63,960 nucleotides of DNA, filler included, from Octopus bimaculoides (GCF_001194135.2; 5 parts of 4 records of this genome joined end to end with filler, not necessarily neighbours in it); one strand, 5' to 3'. Shown: positions 36,925 through 49,760, numbered from the whole stretch's first letter. The notes: generated by a model not told the origin, from the letters alone. Program-made: numbers and translations.

Positions 36925-37890
36925 GTATATATATGACTTGTTAAACTGGCAAGGCCTGGTATGTGGGTAGATTTTTGAGAACAAGGGGAAAACAATAGGA
37001 AAATTTGTCTGGCTGTAAACATAGTTTGTAATATAATTAATCGCTGTAATTAATGCGGTTTCATTAAACACATTGTAAACACAGACAGGTGTGTTTAATG
37101 ACATAATATTAAGAGCGGTGGACGGTTGGTTTCTCACCTTCCCTTCAAGCCGAGCAATTTTATAAAACAAGCAACAGGTTGTTGGGTTAAACAACGCTTC
37201 GGAGATAAGAGAGAGAAAGAAAGAAAGAACTACCAAACTGTGTCAATAATAATAATAATAATAATAATATTTTTAATAATATTAATAATAAAAAAACAGC
37301 TCCAACATATGATTACATATTTGACGAGTGTGGATAAAAATTCTTTTTTATAACACCTGGAAAGCGATATTACAAAAAAAAAGATAAAAGAAATTGCTAA
37401 CGAACAGCAACAGGTATGTTGCAAATTTACCTCTGATTTTTTTTTTTTTTTTTTTTTTTTACCACGAGACGAGCTTCATCAATGAATTAATGAGTTAATT
37501 TTTACCGACAGACGAAGACGAACCGACACAAGAGATAATACAAGTTGGTGTGTGTTTTTGTTGTTGTTGTTGTTTTTACTATATCGACCGCAAGCAGGCT
37601 ACCTGCGAAAAGTGAGTATATATATATATACACATATATATCTATGTATTTATTCTATATATAAATTTTTTTTTCCGTTTATTCGAAAATTTCAGGGTGT
37701 TAACATGTCACATTGTCAACATTATCTATAACAAATGTATACATTTGGGTGCATTTTGTCACAATAATAATAAGCGGCACACAACATTTGTTTTTTAAGT
37801 AAAGAAAGATCAATTAATTAAAAAAGAATTTAAACATGATTAAAATACACACACATATATCCATGTGTTTGTTTATCTATTTATCATATA

Positions 37891-37936
<46 letters not shown>

Positions 37937-38080
37937 AGCAATGCTCGCATGTATACACATGTATGCATACACATCTATATAAATGTATCCACACACATAT
38001 ATGCAAATAATTGTATATAAACATATATACACATATATACATACACTTATGTATGCACACACACACATACACACACACAC

Positions 38081-38306
38081 ACGATGGGATACTGAAAAGT
38101 TCCTGGCTTCAAGGGTGTGGCGAAAGGCTTGGTTGTAGACCCAACTTTCTGAGTTCTTTTACAGGGCTTAAAAAAAACTGAAGGACTGCTTGCAATAACT
38201 GTGTGAATCTGAGAGGGGAATATGTTGAAAAAAAACCCCCATAATTAACTGATCCTCCTGTATTTTCTTCTACTCAATGCCAGGCACTTTTCAGCACCTT
38301 CTCGTA
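38081..38306 (+). mobile_element. Mariner-derived MITE (TIR tacgaggggtgctgaaaagttcctgg) retaining transposase C-terminal codons
   Basis: Inverted termini; internal aaactgaaggac.gctgcaa.aa.tgtgtgaatctgagaggggaatatgttgaa resembles the mariner ending KL..R..KCV...GEYVE. Confidence 0.8.
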
Positions 38307-39081
38307 TATATATGTGTGTATCTATATATATATATATATAAATATATATACACACACACAATCATTCACATATACATATACACCATACTAAGCAGAAACA
38401 CACCTCCCAAGAGATCGCTCCCTCTATCCCACTATAATTTTCAACTATTCATATTACCAAGTTCGAACTGTTATACGTCCTATAACATTCAACGTCTACC
38501 CTCGTTGGGCAGCTGTCTTTACGCAATGAATGTCAACCCATGTGTTACACTCGTGTATATATGCATATATGTATATATAAATCCATTTATCTGTGTGGGG
38601 GTTGTTTAATTGCCCAGTATCTTGTGTTGTTTTCCCCACATAGTAGCGGCTTCAGTTGTAGTAGTATGTTAGTCTTTGTGTTTGGCAAAGCTCGACGCTC
38701 TCTCTCGGTCTCTCTCGTTTTACCTGTTTATTGTCTATCGGCTTTGACAATCATCTTCATCGGTTTGTTTGGCCAGTCGTCATCCATCTGTCCATCCATT
38801 TGTCTGTCTGTCCATCTGTATACAGTGCATTTAAGTGTCTGATTGTCATCTATCTATCTATCTATCTATCTATCCATCTATTTGTCTGTCTATATAGTGC
38901 GTGTGTATGTATGTATGTATGTATCTATCTATCTATTTGTCTGTCTGTATAGTGCGTGTGTATTATATATGTATGTATGTATGTATCTATCTATCATACT
39001 TGCACACACACACACACACACACATATATGTATGCCTCTCTATTTCTTCGTAGATTACCATCTAGTTGCTACTAATCTGCT

Positions 39082-39149
<68 letters not shown>

Positions 39150-39604
39150 CTATCTGCCTCTGTTTGTATCATACGTAGATGTCAACCTATCCTCCTCTAT
39201 TTTTCTGTCTGTATAATATGTATACATTCTGTATACACAGATGACTATTGACCTATCTATCTCTATTTGCTAGTATACGTATAAATCTGTTTTTTTCCTC
39301 TATCACTTTGTCCATGTTCTACCTATCCATCCATCCATCCATCCATCTATCTATCTGTCTATCTATCTATCCATCTATCCGTCCTCTCGCTTCATCCGTT
39401 TCCATAATTCTTCTCCGATCTGTCTGCTAAGTCTGTAAGCATTTCCCGATCATCTAAATCCTTCCTGTCCATTCTACCTTCTCTGTTGTCAAACATGTAA
39501 ATATTTGTCCATATATAGTATAAATATAGCTATCTCCATATCTGCTCTGTCTCCATAGCTATCTATCTACCTACCTATCCATTTATCTATCCATTTATCT
39601 ATCC

Positions 39605-39649
<45 letters not shown>

Positions 39650-39942
39650 CCTATCTATCCATTTATCTATCTATCTACCTATCTATCCATTTATCTCTCT
39701 ATCTATCTGCCTGTCTCTATCTATCTATCTAGCTATCTAGCTATCTATATTTTCATCTCTGTCTCTCTCCAGTTGTCTAAGCATCTTTTTCCTCGTATAT
39801 ACACTCGTCTGTCGACCTATAGATGAATGTGTGTGTATATAAAGATACGAGGAAGAGAAGGACAGGTCGAAAGACAGACAGTTGTGTCATTATACATACA
39901 TATGTGCAAATCTATTTGTGTATGCATATATATATATGTGTG

Positions 39943-39975
<33 letters not shown>

Positions 39976-40219
39976 ATGCGTGTTATGTGGTCAAATGGTA
40001 AAGGCACCGGGCAACCTTACACTGCGATGTTTAAGTTATGCCCCTTCGTTTACTGAGTTCGAATCTCATCGAGGTCAGCTTTATCTTTCATCCCCCTCTT
40101 GGGTCGATAAAGTCCCAGTGGTATGTCAGGGAACAGCATAACTGACTATCATTATCTCCGTCACAAATGTTTAGTGTGTGTGTGTGTGTGTACACGTACG
40201 TACGTAAGCTTATTTGTAA

Positions 40220-40284
<65 letters not shown>

Positions 40285-40559
40285 GCACGTGAGTATGTAT
40301 ATATGAATGTGTGTGTTCGTGTGTGTACACGCGTATGTTTATATGAATCTATGAATGTATGCCTAGTGTGTTGTGTATGATATGCTTGTGTATGCGATGC
40401 TATCTTGCTGTATGTCGTGGACCAACAACACTTTAGAATGTTACCACACACACACACACTTATATATACATGCATTTACATACATATGTACGCGCGCGCG
40501 CGCGAACACATACGCACCCAGGGACGTATTCACACACACACGCACGGACGTATATTCTT

Positions 40560-40753
40560 TTCTTTCATTTGTTTGCTATTTGACTTCGGCCATGCTGGAG
40601 TACTGCCTTTAGTCGAACAAATCGATCCCAGGGCTTAGTCTCTGTAAGCCTAGTACTTATTCTATCGGTCTCTTTTTGCCGAACCGCTATGTTACAGGGA
40701 CGTAAACACACCAACATCGGTTGTCAAACGAAGGTGGGAGGACAAGTACAAAT

Positions 40754-40784
<31 letters not shown>

Positions 40785-40932
40785 CGACGGGTTTCTTTCA
40801 GTTTCCGTCTACCAAGTCCACTCACAAGGCTTTGGTTGGCCCATTACTATGGTAGAAGATACTTGCCGAAGGTGCGACACAGTGGGACTGAACCCGTAAC
40901 CATGTGGTTGGGAAGTAAGCTTCTTACCACAC
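40560..40932 (-). mobile_element. SINE family B
   Basis: Complete tail, spacer and head in reverse orientation. Confidence 0.9.
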
Positions 40933-40937
40933 ATTCA

Positions 40938-40995
<58 letters not shown>

Positions 40996-41170
40996 CACAC
41001 ACACACACATGCATGGACGTATACACCTACAGATGTACAGTACACACAGGCCTATATACACACATGCACACGGACGTGACGTATATATACACACATACAT
41101 TGACGTACGCAGATGCACGGACTTATACGCACACTCACAGATGTGCACGCTCCGACCCACGGGACGGTTG

Positions 41171-41608
41171 TACGAGCGAGTGCTTTAAGTGTGTCACTAA
41201 AATCCTGGTCGGAGGCCCAACCCCCCGAGTTCTTTTACGGGGTTTCGAAAAACTGAAGGACCGCTGCAAAAAGTGAGTCAACCTGAGAAGGGAAACAGGT
41301 TGGATAAAATCGTAATCAACTGATCTTCGTGTATTTTCTGTTACCCAAAGCTAGGAACTTTTCAGCACCCCTCATATATACATACATAGATATATATCCG
41401 AGGAGGTGCCGAAATGTTCCTGGTTTTAAGGGTAGCACGAAAAGCTTCGTTGGAAGCCCAACCTTCGGAGTTCTTTTACATGGTTTAGAAAAACGGAAGA
41501 ACAGCTTCAAGAATCGAGAAGGGAATATGTTGAATCAAATCATAATTAACTCAGCCTCTCGTATTTTCTTTTACTCAAAACCAGGAACTTTTCCGCAACC
41601 CCCTCGTA
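41171..41608 (+). mobile_element. Two adjacent copies of the mariner-tail MITE (41171-41376, 41397-41608)
   Basis: Same TIR and internal sequence as 38081-38306. Confidence 0.8.
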
Positions 41609-41807
41609 CACACACATACACACTTACGTACGTACATACATACATGGGCATTCACGCACACATATGCAGGTACGAACTTACGTATCTTAAAAATAACTTG
41701 ATATTGTACTCATAAACTGGTATAAGGGAATAAATAACGATGTATATATGTGTGTGTGTGTGTGTGTGTATGTATGTGTGATATATATGTGTATCTACGT
41801 GTATATG

Positions 41808-42118
41808 ATGGCGCTTGGCTCAGTGGTTAGAGCATCAGGCTCACAATCTTGAATGTGTGTTGTGTTCTTGAGCAAGACACTTTATTTCACGTTGCTCCAT
41901 TTCACTCAGCTGTAGATGTAAGTTGCAACATCACTGGTGCCAAGCTGTATCGGCCCCTTTGCCCTTCCCTTGGCTAACATCAGTGGTGTGAAGAGGGGAG
42001 ACTAATATGCATGGGTGACTGCTGATCTTCCATTAACAACCTTGCCTGGACTTGTGCCTGGGAGGGTAACTTTCTAGGTGCAATCCCATGGTCATTTGTG
42101 ACTGAAGGGAGTCCTTAT
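41808..42118 (+). mobile_element. SINE family C with long 3' body
   Basis: ggcgcttggctcagtggttagagc..gtgttgtgttcttgagcaagacacttt..cactggtgccaag. Confidence 0.8.
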
Positions 42119-42289
42119 GTATGTATATGCATTTTTCTTATTCTGTGTGTGTATCTTTGTCTATATATCCACCAATGGATGTGTACTTGTATCTTCGTCA
42201 CGAAGGGTAAAAATGAATTCTTGGGGGTAAGGAGGAAATACTTGGCGGCTCGGGTTCAGTTCCCAGTATGAGAAGGCATGCTTTTATAG

Positions 42290-42451
42290 GAGCAGGACTG
42301 GCTGTGTGGTAAGAAGCTGGCTTCGCAACCATATGGTTCTGGGTTCAGTCCCACTGCGTGGCACCTTATGCAAGTGAATTCTGCTATAGCCTCGGGTCGA
42401 CCAAAGCCTTGTGAGTGGATTTGGTAGACGGAAACTGAAAGAAGCCCGTCG

Positions 42452-42494
<43 letters not shown>

Positions 42495-42680
42495 ATTCCC
42501 TCCCCCATCGGTTGACGGCCGATGTTGGTGTGTTTACGTCTCCGTAACGTAGCGGTTCGGCAAAAGGAATTGATAGAATAAGTACTAGGCTTACAAAGAA
42601 TAAGTCCAATGATCGGTCTGTTCGACTAAAGGCGGTGCTCCAGCATGGCCGCAGTCAAATCACTGAAACAAAGGAGAGAA
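42290..42680 (+). mobile_element. SINE family B, complete
   Basis: gcaggactggctgtgtggtaagaag..gaagcccgtcgt(TA)n(TG)n..ggcggtgctccagcatggccgcagtcaaat. Confidence 0.92.
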
Positions 42681-43158
42681 AATGAAATGACGTAAAAGAC
42701 GTGTTCCTTGTTGTCTGCTTTTCTTCCTTTCAAAGGAACTGGGCAACGTCGGAGTAAACGGATATATTTTGGGGTAATTGGTTAAAAAATGCTCCCCGGC
42801 CCCTCGTATACAGGGAGGTGAATAACGTTGTGTGTACGAATATGTTTGTATTTATTTATTTATTTAGTTAGTTATAGGTAGACAAATAGATAGATAGACA
42901 GACAGACAGATACAAAAATATAGATAGAAAAATGGAGAGAGAGAGAGAGATAGATAAATTGATTGAGTGTTGTGTTTGCGTAGTTCTCTAGGTATGGATT
43001 TATACTCAGACAGATACAGTGTATCGTTAAAAGTGCATCGATGTAGTTTGCGTAAAAATCATTTCATTGTTTTTGTACCTGTAGCAGAAAACGATTTCTC
43101 TATTTACCCAAAACACTCCATCAGCTGTTTGTGTGTGTGTGTGTGTGTTAGTCTATAG

Positions 43159-43441
43159 CAGGGATTCCCTACCGGGGTCTACAGAAACTTTAAGGGAGTC
43201 CACGAGTAAAAAAATTGTAATTTCTGGGTCCATATATAAATTTTATCCACGAAGAAAGGTAGCTGTATTTATTGAAATTTTCAAGATTTGCATTTGGAAT
43301 TTATGTTATGAATAGAACGAAATTGTTTCGGTGTTAGTTTTTACTAAACCTACAAACTAATCTACATGTGCATATATGGGGTCCGCATGATAAGATAGCT
43401 CTCAGGGGGGTCTGCAAGCAAAATAAGGCTGGGAACCCCTG
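43159..43441. mobile_element. hAT-like MITE
   Basis: Termini cagggattccc / gggaacccctg; imperfect 8-bp target duplication gtctatag / atttatag. Confidence 0.75.
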
Positions 43442-43576
43442 ATTTATAGTGTTATGCATTTTGTCTTCTTTAAACCTAGGTACACGGTTGTCTAAAATCC
43501 TTACACTTGCAACGGATATCGTTCGCTTCGGGATAAATACACGTATAAGCATATATGCTTTGATATCCATACCTAG

Positions 43577-43872
43577 CAGCGGCGCACTGGCCAGGTTGCG
43601 AACTTACCCGATGGCAAATGGGCCCCTGCGCCATTAGAATCCATATACGGGGGGACCGTGTTTGTATTTAAGGGGCCCATCCCCTCAAGTTTGAGAATGT
43701 TTTTTATTCACTTTTGGAAGAATGTATTAATTATTTCCTTCTGGTTGTGTTTGTAGACAGTTGAAAACAATACTTTTAACAGGGGGGGGGGAATTAAATG
43801 ATTGCATTGTAGTTGCGGGTGGGCCCCCTTAATATCCTGGCAACCAATATTTTTAGACCCAGTCCGCCACTG
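43577..43872. mobile_element. MITE with 14-bp TIR (cagYggcgSactgg)
   Basis: cagcggcgcactgg vs ccagtccgccactg; no clear 8-bp TSD. Confidence 0.7.
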
Positions 43873-43886
43873 AGTGAGTCTGTATG

Positions 43887-43922
<36 letters not shown>

Positions 43923-44138
43923 TTGTGTAGGTGTGTACACACAAACAAGTATGCATGTATGAATATACACATACTAGTAAACATACACAGACCAACAAAT
44001 ATATACCCTCGCGTGTGTGCATATAAGTGTTGTTTTGACTCTTATTTCTAGCAATGCTGGTACTGATCTGCGCTCTTAATCACTTTACTGACGCTTGTAC
44101 TTTTGGCTTTTGGTTTTAAACTGCGAATAATATATATA

Positions 44139-44201
<63 letters not shown>

Positions 44202-44751
44202 GTTGTGTATGCATGCACGTACATATGAGCAAGCATGTGTGTATGTGTGTGTGTGCGCACAAAAACGAGTATGCTTGTAAACGTATATGAAGTACACATA
44301 AATATATATATACCTACACACACATAATTATTCATTTTTGTGTACGTATATATAGGCACATATGCATACACACGTCTTCCCGGTGCTATAAACAACAGTA
44401 GCATCGTCCTCTATAGGACTGCCACATTTACGTGGCAAATATACTTCACGATGCATACACATGTAATCAAATGCGTGTGTGTGTGTTACAATATTCATAG
44501 TTTTGGTTAGTCAAGGAACAGCAGGGCTACTTTACCGACCGACCAAACGGAATTGGCCATTCTTAAAATCCCGGATCGCCGGTCGGTGGACTTCGGTCCC
44601 CCCAACAAGCGAATATGATGTGCAATCGATGGTTTTTCGATCGTCCTTTCGATGTCATCAGTTTACTTTCTGCTCTTATAAGAATTGTTTTTGATTTCAA
44701 AGGAATCGGGTAGAAGATAATGTTTTGTATATTGTACGTATATATTAAGAG

Positions 44752-45099
44752 GCACTGGCGTGGCTGCGAGGTAGGAAGTTTGCTTCCCAACCACATAGCT
44801 CCGGGTTCAGTCCCACTGTGTGGCACCTTGAGCAAATGTTTTCTACTATTAGCATTGGACTGACCAAAGCCTTGTGAGTGGATTTGGTTGACGGAAACCG
44901 AAAGAAGCCCGTCGTGTGTTGATCGCTAGCCACTACACATTCTTTTTTTCTCTCCTTGTTTATTTCTGTGTTCCTTTCTGTGAAAGAGCGTAGGCTCGAA
45001 ACGTTAAAGACTTTTTCACTTCCCGAGCGTTATACTAATACATTTGTTTGTTGTCTACACCACCTGTCTTCGTCTTTTGTTTTTTTATTGAATTCTCCC

Positions 45100-45138
<39 letters not shown>

Positions 45139-45720
45139 NNNNNNNNNNNNNNNNNNNNNNNNNNNNNNNNNNNNNNNNNNNNNNNNNNNNNNNNNNNNNN
45201 NNNNNNNNNNNNNNNNNNNNNNNNNNNNNNNNNNNNNNNNNNNNNNNNNNNNNNNNNNNNNNNNNNNNNNNNNNNNNNNNNNNNNNNNNNNNNNNNNNNN
45301 NNNNNNNNNNNNNNNNNNNNNNNNNNNNNNNNNNNNNNNNNNNNNNNNNNNNNNNNNNNNNNNNNNNNNNNNNNNNNNNNNNNNNNNNNNNNNNNNNNNN
45401 NNNNNNNNNNNNNNNNNNNNNNNNNNNNNNNNNNNNNNNNNNNNNNNNNNNNNNNNNNNNNNNNNNNNNNNNNNNNNNNNNNNNNNNNNNNNNNNNNNNN
45501 NNNNNNNNNNNNNNNNNNNNNNNNNNNAATATATATGTGTGTGTGTGTGTGCCTGTTTTGTTTTTGTTCCCCACCACCTCTTGACAACCGGTATTAGTGT
45601 GTTTACATCCACGTTACTGAGCTATTCGGCTATTTTGACCCATAGAATAAGTACTAGGCTTTCAAATAAAAACGTTCAAGGGTCAATTAAACCAGCCAAA
45701 AATTCTTCAAGACGGTGTCC
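44752..45720 (+). mobile_element. SINE family B carrying the hammerhead-like module (44918-45100); tail truncated at ~45720
   Basis: Head to gaagcccgtcgt (44915), then module, gap, and tail. Confidence 0.85.
44974..45009 (+). ncRNA. Minimal hammerhead-ribozyme-like motif, second copy
   Basis: CUUU-CUGUGAAA-GAGC(GUAG)GCUC-GAAA-CGUU-AAAG; same architecture as 20036-20072, core degenerate. Confidence 0.4.
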
Positions 45721-45901
45721 CTAACTGCCGATGGGTTCGCAGCGTCCTCGGGCTACCAACCCGAGTATTTTTACCCCTTGTTTAATCATATCCCTATTTT
45801 ACCAACAGCAGGGAGCCTGAGCGGCGATATTACTCCGGCTCAGGGTAGACTTGGGAACAATAATGTTCAAGGCGTGGTTCCACACTCCTCAAAACCCTGA
45901 A

Positions 45902-46080
45902 ACAACTCCTGGGCCAGGGACCTACAACTCCTGGGCCAGGGACCTACAACTCCTGGGCCAGGGACCCACAACTCCTGGGCCAGGGACCCACAACTCCTGG
46001 GCCAGGGACCCACAACTCCTGGGCCAGGGACCCACAACTCCTGGGCCAGGGACCCACAACTCCTGGGCTAGGGACCCACA
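45902..46080. repeat. 22-bp GC-rich minisatellite acaactcctgggccagggacc(t/c), 8 units
   Basis: Directly visible. Confidence 0.97.
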
Positions 46081-46199
46081 ACCACACTCAGTTTCAAACC
46101 ATACGTTGGGCAAATATCCATCCATCCATCTCTGTGTGTGTATATGTATATATGTGTGTATGTATCTATCGATATACATACATATTTTATATGTATTTT

Positions 46200-46580
46200 A
46201 TTTTATTCTTTTACTTCAGTTGTTTGACTGCGGCCATGCTGGAGCACCGGCCTGAAGGGTTTTAGACGAACAAATCGACCCCAGGACTTATTTTAAAGCC
46301 TAGTACCTATTCTATTGGTTTCTTTTGCCGAACCGCCAGTTTACGGGGGCATAAACACACCAATACTGGTTGTCGAGCGGTGATGGTGGCGAGGAGGCAA
46401 ACGCATATATATATATATATATATACGACAGGCTTCTTTCAGTTTCCCTGTACCAAATCCACTCACAAGGCTTTGGTCGGCCCGAGGCTGTAGTAGAAGA
46501 CACTTGCCCAAGGTGCCCTGCTGTGGGACTGAACCCGAAACCATGTGGTTGGGAAGCAAGCTACTTAGCTAACAGCCACA
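46200..46580 (-). mobile_element. SINE family B
   Basis: Complete reverse-orientation copy. Confidence 0.9.
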
Positions 46581-46833
46581 TCTGTGATATATGCTATCTT
46601 TTTTTATCTTTTGTTTCTGTCATTAGACTGCTGCCATGCTGGAGCACCGCTCTGGATATTCTAGGCGATCTCGTCGACTTCAGGACTTTTTTAAAGCCTC
46701 ATACTTATTTCACCGGTCTTTTGTTTTTTTTGTATGTACGTACGTATGTCTGCATGTATGAACATATGTATGTATTTATGTACGTACAAACATACGCATG
46801 TTTGTATGTATGTATGTACGTATGTAGGCGGAG

Positions 46834-46923
46834 GTAAAGAATACGTACACCACCCGTTTTCAGCGTAACAAAAACCCTGATCTTAACCCTTCACCCTAAC
46901 CACCGGGTGTACGTATTCTTTAC
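46834..46923. mobile_element. 90-bp element with perfect 18-bp inverted termini
   Basis: gtaaagaatacgtacacc / ggtgtacgtattctttac; interior has ccctaacc-like motifs. Confidence 0.7.
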
Positions 46924-47199
46924 TTTCACCCGTATGTATGTGTGCGACGGGCCTCCATATAGTTTTCGTGTACCGAATTCACCCGTAAGGCATTGGTCAT
47001 CCCGAGGGGGTGGGGTATTGTTGTGGAAATTTGCCCAAAGTGCTGCCTAGTGAGACTGAACTCGCAACTACGTGGCTACAAACCGAGCTTCTTAACCACA
47101 CAACCATGCAGAAATATCATATGTAACGGTGGATTGTCTTAGATTCGGTTTCGAATCTCAGCCCGGAAAATGAAATTTAGTTTCCACACACACACACAC

Positions 47200-47640
47200 A
47201 TCCTTTTCTATTCTAAGCACAAGGCCCGAAATTTTGGGGAAGTGGGGGGGCAGTCGATTAGATCGACCCTAGTACGCAACTGGTACTTAATTTATCGACC
47301 CCGAAAAGATGAAAGGCAAATTCGACCTCGGTGGAATTTGAACTCAGAACGTAAAGACAGACGAAATACCGCTAAGCGTTTCACCCAGCGCGCTAACATT
47401 TCTTATTTCTTTATTGCCCACAGATGGCTAAACATAGAGGGGACAAACAAGGACAGACAAAGGGATTAAGTCGATTACATCGACCCCAGTGCGTAACTGG
47501 TACTTAATTTATCGACCCCGAAAGGATTACAGGCAAAGTCGACCGCGGCGGAATTTGAACTCAGAACATAACGGCAAACGAAATACCGCTAAGCGTTTCG
47601 TGCAGCGTGCTAACGTTTCTGCCAGCTCGCCGCCATAATA
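47200..47640 (-). mobile_element. Two tandem SINE family A copies
   Basis: cgcaactggtacttaatttatcgaccccgaaa occurs twice; head ends ctgccagctcgccgcc. Confidence 0.9.
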
Positions 47641-47984
47641 CGCACATATATATATCATGTCAAACAAATGTCGAAGCGTGGAATAAATTACCTGTGGCAG
47701 TTGTTGGCTGTCAACACTCTGCATCCATCAAAGATTCTATATTTTATGAAATTCTCCAACACTACTCCTGCCTATAACACCCTTTCCTCTTTAGGGCTCT
47801 TTTTTACTCTTCCCTTTTCTATCCCTTTCAGTTTTATTCGGTTTGCTTCTCTCATACTTCTCGCCTTCGTTGGTGTCTTTCTTTAATCGATGTATTGCCA
47901 TTTTCTCTCTTCTCTTTTCCAATAAGTTGCAATCCACTTGAACACTGTATATAATGAGATTATTATTATTATTATCATTGTTCA

Positions 47985-48110
47985 AGGCAGTGAGCTGGCA
48001 GAATCGTTAGCACGCTGGACGAAATGCTCAGCGTCATTTCGCCCGTCTTTATTACGTTCTGAGTTCAAATTCCGCCGAGGTTCGACTTTGCCTTTTATCC
48101 ATTTGGGACC
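47985..48110 (+). mobile_element. SINE family A, 3'-truncated
   Basis: ggcagtgagctggcagaatcgttagcacg..gagttcaaattccgccgagg. Confidence 0.85.
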
Positions 48111-48544
48111 TAATAACTGAACCAAGTGAAAAAAAAAATGATGCCAAGTACAATGATCGTTATTTAAAAATGCTCTTGCGAAGTACGTACATTGATAGTG
48201 TTGTTTTTTTTTAGTTTTCTATTTAAAGTACACCACTAACTCCTAACTGTCAAGCAAAGTACACGGATAATTTCTAAGATTTTCATGCAAAGCACATCAG
48301 GCTTGAAACTTTCCATGCAAAATACGCCGAAAATTAACTCTTCATGGGAAAAATGAACCTGTAATTTTTAAGATTCCATACAAAACGCGCTGATATTTTT
48401 TGACTTTGCATGCAAAATACACCATTTTGTTTTATGTAGTCTCCTCCGGTGTGACATGAGGTCAAGAAAGACTTCAGTACTCCTGGTCGTAGGACTCAGT
48501 CCGGCAAATATTGTGGTCAACTTGTTGTTGTTGACATTGCGTCG

Positions 48545-48798
48545 CTTGCGACGTCGAGGGTTCCAGTTGATCCGATCACCGGAACAGCCTGCTTGTGAAA
48601 TTAACGTGCAACTGACACGTGTACCCTTAACGTAGTTCTCGGGGATATTCAGCGTGACACAGTATGACAAGGCTGACCCTTCGAATTACAGGCACAACAG
48701 AAACAGGAAGTAAGAGTGAGAGAAAGTCGTGGTGAAAGAGTACAGCAGGGTTCACCACCTTCCCCTGCCGGAGCCTCGTGGAGCTTTAGGTGTTTTCG
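48545..48798 (+). mobile_element. Interspersed repeat family D
   Basis: Second copy (inverted) at 19345-19485. Confidence 0.75.
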
Positions 48799-49149
48799 NN
48801 NNNNNNNNNNNNNNNNNNNNNNNNNNNNNNNNNNNNNNNNNNNNNNNNNNNNNNNNNNNNNNNNNNNNNNNNNNNNNNNNNNNNNNNNNNNNNNNNNNNN
48901 NNNNNNNNNNNNNNNNNNNNNNNNNNNNNNNNNNNNNNNNNNNNNNNNNNNNNNNNNNNNNNNNNNNNNNNNNNNNNNNNNNNNNNNNNNNNNNNNNNNN
49001 NNNNNNNNNNNNNNNNNNNNNNNNNNNNTATTTTATATTTGATTTTAACTGAAAAAAACTGAGATGCAACTTGTACACGGGGTAAAATCTGAATGTGAAG
49101 GGGGGAAAAATTTGTACCAAGTTTTAACAGTAAATTAGGGGTGTGACTT

Positions 49150-49760
49150 AGAGGTGATTCGAAACCTAACCGCTGGTCACCAGAAGTGAACCTTCATAGG
49201 TTCGCGTGATCGGTCTATAAATCCCCAATCAGCGTGAGAATTTGGTATGATATGGTTTTCTCGATTGTTCTAGAATAAAACCTCTTGCCGCCTCTTAAAA
49301 ACCGTTAGGCGCGTAGCTTAGAAGGCAGACGACACGGAAGTTTGCGCAGACGACATTGTGTATTTTTGGACCGACTGCATGTTGTCAGACTGATAAGTCT
49401 CTCTAATTCCAGAACAGTTTTTTTTCCCTATCCCAGTCGACAATTATTAATATTGTTCATTGTAAATAACCAACACCGAATAACTTCATGTCCGGCAATA
49501 AATACTACAGCCAAACGTTCGCGAGTTTGCTTCAGTTATTATTGACGCAGTCAACGGATTATATCTTCATTACCATCTCAACTCAAGCGACAGCAACCGC
49601 CTAGCGACACGGTAATTAGATCTTTTCATAATCCTGGCCCAAATACCACCGTGGTCGGTTTCATCTTTCGCTCTTCTTGTGTCGTTAAAATAAACTACCA
49701 CGGTGGATACCATCGACTCTACCACTCCCGGGAAATATGTGCTTCATGCCGAAGCTTTAA
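49150..49760. promoter_or_regulatory. CpG-rich non-repetitive patch, candidate promoter / first exon
   Basis: High CpG density; ETS-like CGGAAGT (49335-49341) and TGCGCA between 10-bp direct repeats gcagacgaca; possible + strand donor ACG|gtaatt at 49612. Confidence 0.4.

Noticed and set aside
45725-45790. HDV-like ribozyme around agcgtcctcgggct
   Set aside because: L3-like sequence is present, but P1.1 GG and P2 cannot be formed.
45902-46080. CRISPR-like array (also 31737-31800 and 18740-19050)
   Set aside because: No unique spacers; eukaryotic tandem repeats.
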